This document shows positions 29,328-37,904 of a stretch of 51,995 bases of DNA, in pieces; positions within the stretch are counted from its first letter, which is position 1; every line of letters starts with the position of its first letter. Location of the stretch: the NCBI GenBank assembly GCA_913050195.1, contig CAJXBJ010000004.1:1-51995 (forward strand), written 5' to 3'. The DNA comes from an uncultured Saprospirales bacterium. GTDB lineage: Bacteria > Bacteroidota > Bacteroidia > Chitinophagales > CAJXBJ01. Position numbers and translations under genes: made by a program. The notes below the pieces were generated by a model that was not told where the DNA came from, did no database searches, and worked only from the letters and a program-made list of their open reading frames with translations.

Positions 29328-30009
29328 AGTTCTTGAGTCATATAAAAGAGGGCAAATTCTCTTGATTGATAAGCCTAGTGGATGGACTTCTTTTGATGTT
29401 GTAAATAAAATACGTTATCAGGTAAAGACAAAGGTAGGCCACGGGGGCACCTTGGATCCTTTAGCAACTGGGCTACTGATAATTGCAACAGGAAAAAAAA
29501 CAAAATCACTTCAAAATATCCAAGCAAAAGATAAATCCTATACAGGCAAAATAGTTTTAGGAAACACCACTCCATCCTATGACCTAGAAACAGATTTTGA
29601 TGGCGAATATCCATATGAACATATAGATAATAATCTAATAAATAATACTTTAAAAAAGTTTATTGGAGAAATAGAACAAATACCTCCAAAGTACTCTGCA
29701 TTAAAAATTAATGGTCAACGAGCGTATAAAAAGGTTCGTAAGGAACAGGAATTTGAAATGAAAACTAGAAAAGTTCAAATCCATGAATTTAAAATAACTC
29801 GAATTAATTTTCCTTGTCTAGAATTTGAAATACGATGTAGTAAAGGAACTTATATCAGATCTATTGCTCATGATTTTGGCAAAGCACTTGGCTCGGGAGC
29901 TTATCTAAAAGATTTGCGGAGAACGGCTATTGATATGTTTAAAATTGAGGATGCACTTCAACTTGATGAGTTTATTAATAACCTTAATAAATTAAAAGAT
30001 GAAGCTTAG
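29320..30009 (+). CDS. truB: tRNA pseudouridine(55) synthase
   Basis: IDKP.GWTSFDVV, GHGGTLDPLATG, PPKYSALK and CSKGTYIRS motifs. Confidence 0.96.
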   Translation: MLEVLESYKRGQILLIDKPSGWTSFDVVNKIRYQVKTKVGHGGTLDPLATGLLIIATGKKTKSLQNIQAKDKSYTGKIVLGNTTPSYDLETDFDGEYPYEHIDNNLINNTLKKFIGEIEQIPPKYSALKINGQRAYKKVRKEQEFEMKTRKVQIHEFKITRINFPCLEFEIRCSKGTYIRSIAHDFGKALGSGAYLKDLRRTAIDMFKIEDALQLDEFINNLNKLKDEA

Positions 30010-30931
30010 TCGTTTAAATAATGATGACATTAAGTTAAAGAATCCTGTTGTAACAATTGGATCATATGATGGTGTTCATTTAGGGCACAAAAAGATTATT
30101 GAGAAAATAACTAATGATGCAAAGGCTATTAATGGAGATTCGGCCATTATTAGTTTTGACCCACACCCTAGGCTTGTATTAAGCCAAAATACTTCTTTTG
30201 AATTTAAAGTATTAAGTACAATTAAGGAAAAGGAACAACTATTAGAAAAGTGTGGTATTGATTGTTTATATCTTATTGCGTTTGATGAAAACTTTGCTTC
30301 ATGGAGTGCGTTAAAGTTTATAGAGGAAATACTAATTAAAAAATTAAACGTCTCTAAGGTAATTATTGGATATAATCATCGTTTTGGAAATAATCGAGAG
30401 GGAGATATTCGATTTTTAGAAAAAATAGGAAAACAATTTGATTTTGAAGTTGAAGAAATTCCTAAACAACTTATTGATGAAATAACAGTCAGTTCTAGTA
30501 AAATTAGAATATTGATTCAAAATTGTCAGATAAAAGAAGCCAATTACCTACTTGGGCATAATTACAGTTTTGAAGGTCAAGTTTGTCATGGTCAAAAATT
30601 AGGAGGAAAACTAGGTTTCCCAACAGCAAATATTCAAATAAAAGACATTCACAAACTAATACCAGGCGACGGTGTATATGCAATTAAAGCTAGTTTTAAT
30701 AATACATCTATTGACGGCATGATGCATATAGGACACAAGCCAAGTTTAAATACATCTAAGCATAGTATCGAAGCCCACCTTTTTAATTTTAATCAAGATA
30801 TTTACAACGAAACTCTTTGTATACAGTGTATTGATTATATCAGGCCAAACAAGCGATTTGAAAATTTAGATGCACTAAAAGCACAGCTTGCAGAAGATAA
30901 AATAAGCTGTGTGAATATACTTTCTAATTAA
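29999..30931 (+). CDS. ribF: Bifunctional riboflavin kinase/FAD synthetase
   Basis: GSYDGVHLGH, FDPHP, VSSSKIR, LGFPTAN and GVYA motifs. Confidence 0.96.
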   Translation: MKLSRLNNDDIKLKNPVVTIGSYDGVHLGHKKIIEKITNDAKAINGDSAIISFDPHPRLVLSQNTSFEFKVLSTIKEKEQLLEKCGIDCLYLIAFDENFASWSALKFIEEILIKKLNVSKVIIGYNHRFGNNREGDIRFLEKIGKQFDFEVEEIPKQLIDEITVSSSKIRILIQNCQIKEANYLLGHNYSFEGQVCHGQKLGGKLGFPTANIQIKDIHKLIPGDGVYAIKASFNNTSIDGMMHIGHKPSLNTSKHSIEAHLFNFNQDIYNETLCIQCIDYIRPNKRFENLDALKAQLAEDKISCVNILSN

Positions 30932-31934
30932 GGATTTTAAAGATCATTTCCTTAAATAATGAAGAGCTGTCCTGTGAACCACTCGCTACACCTTTAGCTT
31001 TAAGATCATATTCATGTAATATTCCAATAATATTAGCTACGTTGTTTAAGTCGTATATCTTTGAAGCCTGCACATATTCTTTGATAAAGTAAGGATTAAT
31101 TCCTAACGACTTAGCTATTACTCCCCTGTCCTGATACTTCAGCTCGTGATATTTAAAAAGCTTTACATAAAATGAAAATAGTGCACCAATATATTTCAGT
31201 ATATGATGCTCTTTAGGATTTTGTATAAATGCAGCTAACATTCTATATACTTTCTGATGATTTTTAGCTGCTAAGGCATTCTGAAGTTCAAAAACATTGT
31301 ACTCCTTGGATATGCCTATGAATTTCTCAATATGCTCTTTATGAATTTCACTCCCCTTTCTTACATTAAGCATCAATTTATCTAATTCATTACTAAGCTT
31401 TGAAAGGTCTGCGCCAACATAAGTAGTTAATACCATTGCTGCCTCAGGGTCAATACTATAATTCTGCTGTTTTATATAAGAAGCAATCCACGCCGGTACT
31501 TTATCTTCATATAACCTATTTGATGCCATACTATAACAATATGTATCAATAGCTTTAAAGGCCTTTGTTCTTTTATCAATAAAATTAGATTTGTTCTTAT
31601 AGCATATTACTAGAATACTTGAATTTACAGGATTTTCTAAATAAGGTATTAATTTTTTAATATCCTTCATACGATGAGCTTCTTTCAAAATAATTAATTG
31701 ATAAGGGCTCATAACCGGATAACGTTTTAAACTAGAAATTAATGCATTTGCATTTGTATCTGCTCCATACACTACACTCTGATTAAAACCCTTTTGTGCT
31801 TCATCTAAAAGATTGTCTTCAATATTGTTAGAAATTTTATCAATAAAATATGACTCTTCTCCATACAATAAATAAAGTGGTCTAAACTTGCGAGCCCTTA
31901 ATTCCTTTTCAAGTTCTTGAAATGTTAGTTCCAT
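30924..31934 (-). CDS. holA: DNA polymerase III subunit delta
   Basis: YLLYGEESYFID, FNQSVVYG, NELDKL and IGISKEYNVFEL motifs. Confidence 0.93.
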   Translation of the reverse strand: MELTFQELEKELRARKFRPLYLLYGEESYFIDKISNNIEDNLLDEAQKGFNQSVVYGADTNANALISSLKRYPVMSPYQLIILKEAHRMKDIKKLIPYLENPVNSSILVICYKNKSNFIDKRTKAFKAIDTYCYSMASNRLYEDKVPAWIASYIKQQNYSIDPEAAMVLTTYVGADLSKLSNELDKLMLNVRKGSEIHKEHIEKFIGISKEYNVFELQNALAAKNHQKVYRMLAAFIQNPKEHHILKYIGALFSFYVKLFKYHELKYQDRGVIAKSLGINPYFIKEYVQASKIYDLNNVANIIGILHEYDLKAKGVASGSQDSSSLFKEMIFKILN

Positions 31935-31987
31935 CTTTATTACTTAGTGAATATTATTAATTAAATTTAGTAAATAGAACGCTTATA

Positions 31988-32425
31988 ATGCATTTAGATC
32001 CCCAAAAATATCCTTTAAAAACAAAGTATGTAGACAACACTAAATATGTATTTGACCCTATCCGTAAAAAGTACTTAATTCTAACCCCTGAAGAAAGTGT
32101 ACGTCAAACACTTTTAAATTATTTAGTTCATGAACATGGTTATACTCTGTCGCATATTTCTATTGAAAAGAAAATATTAGTTAATGGACTTAATAAACGA
32201 TACGACCTTGTTGTTTACAAAGACAATAAACCATTTATTTTAATTGAATGTAAAGCACCAAAAGTTAAACTTACAATTGAAACTATAGAACAGGCCTGCA
32301 TATATAACTTTGCACTTAAAGCTAACTACTTATTAATAAGTAATGGCATAAGAAATCTTCTAGTAGAATTCAATCACGATAAAGAAGTCTATGAGTATAT
32401 TGAAGATTTACCTAATGCAAATTGA
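31988..32425 (+). CDS. Stand-alone HsdR N-terminal-like (HSDR_N_2) PD-(D/E)xK protein
   Basis: FDPIRKKY..LTPEE.VRQ, KRYDLVV, LIECKAP and Q...YN motifs. Confidence 0.85.
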   Translation: MHLDPQKYPLKTKYVDNTKYVFDPIRKKYLILTPEESVRQTLLNYLVHEHGYTLSHISIEKKILVNGLNKRYDLVVYKDNKPFILIECKAPKVKLTIETIEQACIYNFALKANYLLISNGIRNLLVEFNHDKEVYEYIEDLPNAN

Positions 32426-32429
32426 CTTA

Positions 32430-33839
32430 TTAAGGGAAAATACCCATCCATTCATATGATTCAGCTATTTTTTCAATAGCACAAGCATATGCAGCAGTTC
32501 TTAAATCAGTAATATTTTTCGATCGTTTAACTTTATTCCTAATTTGGCGATAGGAAGAAATCATTGTCTCCTCTAAACCAGAGTACACCAAATCAATTTC
32601 TCCTGGCCCCTGCACTAACTCATTACGTTTACGATGGCTAAGCGATTTTTTAGTTTGTTTTTCTATAGTTTGTACTATTTTCTCATATGCATACTCATCA
32701 AAACGTTTTTCCATACGACCAAATCGCACATGAGATAAGTTCTTTAACCACTCAAAATAAGATACTGTTACTCCTCCCGCATTCAAATACATATCAGGAA
32801 TAACCATAACTCCTTTTTTTGCTAAATACTCATGAGCTTCTGGAGTTATTGGACCATTGGCAGCCTCGCCAATTATTTTTGCCTTTATCTTCCGCATATT
32901 AGACTTCGAAATAACATTTTCCATAGCCGCTGGAATCAATATATCACATTCTAACCCTAAAGCATCAAGACTATTTTCCATAGCTTTTGCTCCTTTATAA
33001 GAAGTGTATTTACCTGTAGACTTCCAATGTTTCTTAAGTTTTTGAATATCAATTCCATCAGGGTTATGTACAGCCCCGTCATATTCTGCAACAGCTATAA
33101 TTTTAGCCCCTGCATCTTCTAAAAATCTTGCAGCATAATAACCAACATTACCTAAGCCTTGGACAACAACCGTTTTACCTTTAATTCCCGTTTCTAAACC
33201 AAGTGCTTTCATGTCATCTTCATATCTACATGCTTCTTTTAGACCGTAGAAAACACCTAAACCTGTTGCCTCCTCTCTTCCTCGAATACCAGCTTGCGAA
33301 ATAGGCTTTCCTGTTACGCAACCATAAGAAGAAAGATCATCAGGTTTTATCGTTTGATAGGTATCTAGAATCCATGCCATCTCTCGCTTTCCTGTTCCCA
33401 TATCTGGAGCAGGAACATCAATACCGGCACCAATAAAACCCTTTCTTACTAGCTCAATGGTATAACGACGTGTTATTTTTTCCAAGTCAGATTCTGACAT
33501 TTCATAAGGATTAATATTTATACCCCCTTTAGCACCACCAAAAGGAACATCAACTATGGCACACTTAAATGTCATTAATGCAGCTAATGCCATTACTTCA
33601 TCCTGATTCACGTGCGGATTAAATCGAATTCCTCCTTTTGTTGGAAGTTTATGATGTGAATGCTGTACTCTATAGGCTTCTACTACTTTAACCTCTTTTC
33701 CCAACTTTACAGGAAAGGTCATTTTATATACACTATTACATGCTTTAATCTGTGCTAATAACCCTTTAGTTACTTTAACATGCTTAGATGCTTCGTCAAA
33801 GTAATTCAATACATTTTGATAAAAACTTTGTTCTGCCAT
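32430..33839 (-). CDS. Glutamate dehydrogenase (Glu/Leu/Phe/Val family)
   Basis: PTKGGIRF, KCAIVDVPFGGAKGG, DVPAPDMGT, QGLGNVG, EAANGP and NAGGVTVSYFEWLKNL motifs. Confidence 0.95.
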   Translation of the reverse strand: MAEQSFYQNVLNYFDEASKHVKVTKGLLAQIKACNSVYKMTFPVKLGKEVKVVEAYRVQHSHHKLPTKGGIRFNPHVNQDEVMALAALMTFKCAIVDVPFGGAKGGININPYEMSESDLEKITRRYTIELVRKGFIGAGIDVPAPDMGTGKREMAWILDTYQTIKPDDLSSYGCVTGKPISQAGIRGREEATGLGVFYGLKEACRYEDDMKALGLETGIKGKTVVVQGLGNVGYYAARFLEDAGAKIIAVAEYDGAVHNPDGIDIQKLKKHWKSTGKYTSYKGAKAMENSLDALGLECDILIPAAMENVISKSNMRKIKAKIIGEAANGPITPEAHEYLAKKGVMVIPDMYLNAGGVTVSYFEWLKNLSHVRFGRMEKRFDEYAYEKIVQTIEKQTKKSLSHRKRNELVQGPGEIDLVYSGLEETMISSYRQIRNKVKRSKNITDLRTAAYACAIEKIAESYEWMGIFP

Positions 33840-33841
33840 TT

Positions 33842-34066
33842 TTAGTTCTTTTCTGTTTGCTGCTCCAATTTAGAAATTTTCTTGTCCAAATATATTAAAT
33901 AGGATGCTAAAGCCAATAATACAATCAAGATAACTGCTATCACAACATATATTTTACCATCAGCACGCAAATAGCTAGACATTTCTACTTGATTCGCCCA
34001 AAGTAAATTAGGTGAAATAAAAACTAGACAGCCAACTAATAACTTAATACAATTAGATATTCTCAT
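33842..34066 (-). CDS. ccmD: CcmD-family heme exporter protein
   Basis: GKIYVVIAVILIVL...YLIYLDKKISKLE; follows ccmC. Confidence 0.8.
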   Translation of the reverse strand: MRISNCIKLLVGCLVFISPNLLWANQVEMSSYLRADGKIYVVIAVILIVLLALASYLIYLDKKISKLEQQTEKN

Positions 34067-34736
34067 TAACTTTAAATTTAACTATTCTTTCAATTTTTAA
34101 TATACGATACCTTAAATCACTAAACCATAAACTAATACCTATCCAAGCTAGCACAGCAGGATAAAAAACAAGCCTTAAGGATGAATCCAAGTCGTAAGTA
34201 TTAAAACCAGGATTACCACCATTACCTGGATGTAATGAGTCCGTTCCTTTTAAACGAGGAATAACATAAATAAATGCAATCATACAAGCACAGGCTATAA
34301 TATTATAAACGGCTGAAATACGTGCCTTTTTATGTTCCTGATCTATTGAACCTCTTAAAATAAAATAAGCTATATAAAAGATAAGGGTAATACTGGCTCC
34401 AATAATTTTAACGTCTGGAGGCAACCATCCACCCCATGTTGATTTCGCCCATAACATTCCAGTAATAAAACCCATACTGCCAAAGACAATAGCAACTTCT
34501 ATCAAAGATTTTGATTTGTAATCGTAATTTATATTCTGACTTAATAAATATTTAATACTATACACCATAGCATTTATAAGCAGAACAGTCATAGCAAACC
34601 AAAGTGGTACATGAAAAAACAAGTTCCTTATGCTCTCATTTAGAATAACTAATGCAGGAACTTCTACTACTAATCCAACTGAAAAAACATATACTAGAAG
34701 AAGCAAACTACCTATTTTCCACCACCACTCTTTCAT
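34053..34736 (-). CDS. ccmC: Heme exporter / cytochrome c maturation protein CcmC
   Basis: RNLFFHVP, TGMLWAKSTWG and SLHP motifs. Start reassigned to ATG 34736. Confidence 0.88.
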   Translation of the reverse strand: MKEWWWKIGSLLLLVYVFSVGLVVEVPALVILNESIRNLFFHVPLWFAMTVLLINAMVYSIKYLLSQNINYDYKSKSLIEVAIVFGSMGFITGMLWAKSTWGGWLPPDVKIIGASITLIFYIAYFILRGSIDQEHKKARISAVYNIIACACMIAFIYVIPRLKGTDSLHPGNGGNPGFNTYDLDSSLRLVFYPAVLAWIGISLWFSDLRYRILKIERIVKFKVNENI

Positions 34737-34740
34737 ATAT

Positions 34741-35424
34741 CTATTCTTTCCATAATGCAGGAAATAAAATGAGGCCAATAATAAACAAAAGTGTGTGCAT
34801 TCCAACTACGACTCCAATAGTTTTTATGTTTGCAAAAAAGGACATACTACCAAGCATACTTTTTAGGCTTAAATCAGAAAGCATAATTAGCATTGGAATT
34901 AACAGTGGTATAGCTATTGCTGAAAGCAAACCTGCACTTTTATTTGTATGAGTAATCATAGCTGATACTAAACTAAGAATTAAACTAAAATATGAAGCAC
35001 CAATAATTCCACTAAAAGAAAATAGTGCAATATTAAAAAATGGATTAACACCCATATAAATTGGATTACTACCCTCCATAAAGGTTAAAAATAAAAAATT
35101 CAAAAGCATCACCACACACAGTAACAACATGTGATATAACCATTTGGCAATCCATATACTTACCCCTGAACCAAGGCTATACATATATAGTTTTCTTTGA
35201 GGACTATCGCTTAAAAAACTTTTGGCAGCTATAGTAATAGATGCAAACAAAAAAATCAACCAGAATAATGCATTCCAAGATTGATAACTTAACTTGCTAA
35301 ATGTATTACTTACAATAGTTACTGCCAAAAGTGGAAAGAATGCATTAGCATATAGCAGTGTTTTGTTACGCCAATCTCGCTCCCATTCTATCCAAAAAAA
35401 TGTGTGAATCTCACGATAGATCAT
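34741..35424 (-). CDS. ccmB: Heme exporter permease CcmB
   Basis: Six-TM protein with WNALFW, AAKSF and IPLLIP motifs; precedes ccmC. Start reassigned to ATG 35424, 7 nt after a TACCTTTG -7 element. Confidence 0.82.
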   Translation of the reverse strand: MIYREIHTFFWIEWERDWRNKTLLYANAFFPLLAVTIVSNTFSKLSYQSWNALFWLIFLFASITIAAKSFLSDSPQRKLYMYSLGSGVSIWIAKWLYHMLLLCVVMLLNFLFLTFMEGSNPIYMGVNPFFNIALFSFSGIIGASYFSLILSLVSAMITHTNKSAGLLSAIAIPLLIPMLIMLSDLSLKSMLGSMSFFANIKTIGVVVGMHTLLFIIGLILFPALWKE

Positions 35425-35431
35425 CCTTAAA

Positions 35432-35468
35432 CAAAGGTATCCTTTTGCCCGCAAAATGCTTATATTTA
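35432..35468. promoter_or_regulatory. Divergent -7 elements flanking a TTTTGC-CC-GCAAAA palindrome
   Basis: TACCTTTG on minus (35432-35439), palindrome at 35443-35456, TATATTTA on plus (35461-35468). Confidence 0.5.
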
Positions 35469-35487
35469 CCCCGTATAAATTGATAAA

Positions 35488-36972
35488 ATGAATAAAATAT
35501 TAATTGCCAATCGCGGTGAAATAGCACTCAGAATCATACGGACAGCCAAAGAAATGGGAATTCAAACAGTCGCCATATATTCTGAAGTTGATCGCTTAGC
35601 ACCCCATGTATGCTTTGCAGATGAAGCTATTTGTATAGGTCCTGCTCCTTCATCACAATCTTACTTGTTGGGTGATAAAATTATTGAAGAAGCTAAAAAA
35701 CTTAATGTAGATGGTATTCATCCAGGTTATGGCTTTCTTTCTGAAAATGCAAGCTTTGCGGAAGCTGTGACAAAAGCCAAAATGACTTTTATTGGTCCTT
35801 CGGCTGACAGCATTAATACAATGGGAAATAAGTTACTAGCTAAAAAAGCGGTCATGGACTATAACATCCCATTAGTACCTGGAACAGAGGAGGCTCTAAA
35901 GAACATTGAAGAAGCCATAAGGGTCTCTAAGGAAATTGGCTTTCCTATACTGATTAAAGCAGCAGCAGGCGGTGGTGGAAAAGGAATGCGAATCGTCAAA
36001 GAAGAAAAAGATTTAGAAGAACAAGTTCAAATGGCCATCGGAGAAGCTAAATCAGCCTTTGGTGATGGGCGTGTATTCATTGAAAAATACTTAGAAAGTC
36101 CGCGCCATATTGAAGTTCAGGTACTAGCCGATAATCATGGCAATACAGTACACCTTTTTGAAAGAGAGTGTTCTATCCAAAGACGACATCAAAAACTTAT
36201 AGAAGAAGCTCCTTCTGTAATTGTGGATGAGGATCTTAGAGAAGAACTAGGGAAATGTGCGGTTCAAGTAGCTAAAGCATGTAATTATTCTGGTGCCGGT
36301 ACCGTGGAATTTATAATGGATACAGATAAGCGATTTTACTTTCTTGAAATGAATACACGTTTACAGGTAGAACACCCTGTAACTGAATTAATTACAGGTA
36401 TTGATCTTGTAAGAGAGCAAATTGAAGTAGCTAGAAATAAGAAACTTGGCTTTAAACAAGAGGACTTATCAATTAATGGTCATGCAATAGAATTAAGAGT
36501 ATGTGCGGAAGATCCCAACAATAACTTTTTACCTGATATTGGGAAATTAAAAGTTTATAATCGTCCACATGGTCCTGGCATCAGAGTAGACGACTCAATG
36601 TACCCAGGAATGGATATACCCATCTACTATGACCCTATGTTAGCCAAGCTAATTGTATACGCAGAAAATAGAAATACGGCAATAGATCGAATGTTAAGGG
36701 CTATTGAAGAATATAATATTCAAGGCGTTAAAACCACACTACCCTTTGGAACCTTTGCCCTAAAGCACGATGCTTTTATTAGTGGTAATTTTGATACACA
36801 CTTTATTGATAAATACTTTAGTTCTCTAGATAATAATAACATTGACGAGGAAGAGTCAAAAATAGCAGCTTTAGCAGCTCTTTTATTTGCAAGAGAAAGC
36901 AAAAATTTGGACGAAGTAACAGAAAAAAATATCAACACAAATAGTTCATGGTATAAAAGCCGCAAGCAATGA
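35488..36972 (+). CDS. Biotin carboxylase subunit of an acyl-CoA carboxylase (AccC/PccA-like, no biotinyl domain)
   Basis: ILIANRGEIA, HPGYGFLSEN, GGGGKGMR, ERECSIQRRHQK, EMNTRLQVEHPVTE and YYDPMLAKL motifs. Confidence 0.93.
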   Translation: MNKILIANRGEIALRIIRTAKEMGIQTVAIYSEVDRLAPHVCFADEAICIGPAPSSQSYLLGDKIIEEAKKLNVDGIHPGYGFLSENASFAEAVTKAKMTFIGPSADSINTMGNKLLAKKAVMDYNIPLVPGTEEALKNIEEAIRVSKEIGFPILIKAAAGGGGKGMRIVKEEKDLEEQVQMAIGEAKSAFGDGRVFIEKYLESPRHIEVQVLADNHGNTVHLFERECSIQRRHQKLIEEAPSVIVDEDLREELGKCAVQVAKACNYSGAGTVEFIMDTDKRFYFLEMNTRLQVEHPVTELITGIDLVREQIEVARNKKLGFKQEDLSINGHAIELRVCAEDPNNNFLPDIGKLKVYNRPHGPGIRVDDSMYPGMDIPIYYDPMLAKLIVYAENRNTAIDRMLRAIEEYNIQGVKTTLPFGTFALKHDAFISGNFDTHFIDKYFSSLDNNNIDEEESKIAALAALLFARESKNLDEVTEKNINTNSSWYKSRKQ

Positions 36973-37904
36973 CAATAAGTGGTTTTAGTATGGGACGAAA
37001 TGTCTCAAAACTTTACTACCCTATAAAGGCTTCCATTGAATCAATTTTGCCAATAGTTGATGAATTTGTCTTTGCTTTAGGTGATAATGATAAAGATGAT
37101 TCGACTGAAGCAATTATAAAGTCGATTAAATCTGATAAATTAAAAATTATCAGAACTAAATGGGATCTTGAAAAATATCCAAATGGCATGGAAAATGCGC
37201 ATCAAACGGATATTGCCAAATCACACTGTAAAGGCGATTGGCTAATCTATCTTCAGGCGGATGAGGTTATACATGAAAACTATTTAGATAATATTAAATC
37301 TGCTTGTGAAATACATTTGGAAAATAAACATATAGATGCGTTTTTATTAAAATACATGCATTTTTTCGGTGATTATAACCATTATAATGATGGTCGAGGA
37401 TGGTATCAGAACGAAATTCGAATTATAAGAAATGATTCAGAGATTCATTCATTCCAGTCTGCCCAATCGTTTAGACGAATACCTGATTTTGATGGTTTAA
37501 GTTATAGAAAAAAGGAAGGCACTAGCAAGCTAAATGTTATTCCAATCAATGCTTTTGTCTATCATTATGGCTGGGTTAGACCGCCCCAATTAATGCAAAA
37601 AAAGAAAATTGCTCTCGATAAAATACATAGTCATAATTCTTCTGAGACAGACCCAAATATTTTTAATTATGGTCCTATTGGATGTTTGCCTAAATTTAAA
37701 GGCACCCACCCTAAAGTCATGAAAGATTGGATTGAGCAATTTAACTGGAAAGACCAACTAAACTATGGGTGTGAATACCAACTAAATAGATTACCAATGA
37801 AGCATGAAAAATTAGAATATCGTATGCTGAGATGGATTGAAAAGACTTTTAATAGGGGTATCCATTTATTTCCATTTACTAATTGGAATATTGTCAAACC
37901 ATGA
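36969..37904 (+). CDS. Glycosyltransferase family 2
   Basis: SILPIVDEFV, YLQADEVIHE (DxD-like) and YHYGWVRPP motifs. Confidence 0.85.
   Translation: MTISGFSMGRNVSKLYYPIKASIESILPIVDEFVFALGDNDKDDSTEAIIKSIKSDKLKIIRTKWDLEKYPNGMENAHQTDIAKSHCKGDWLIYLQADEVIHENYLDNIKSACEIHLENKHIDAFLLKYMHFFGDYNHYNDGRGWYQNEIRIIRNDSEIHSFQSAQSFRRIPDFDGLSYRKKEGTSKLNVIPINAFVYHYGWVRPPQLMQKKKIALDKIHSHNSSETDPNIFNYGPIGCLPKFKGTHPKVMKDWIEQFNWKDQLNYGCEYQLNRLPMKHEKLEYRMLRWIEKTFNRGIHLFPFTNWNIVKP

Noticed and set aside
27772-29614. Antisense ORFs 27772-27957, 28928-29341 and 29375-29614
   Set aside because: Opposite ftsX, uppP and truB, which have strong motifs; composition is typical of antisense shadows.
31988-32425. Possible type I restriction-modification or defence system
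   Set aside because: Only a stand-alone HsdR-N-like domain; no methyltransferase, specificity subunit or motor nearby.
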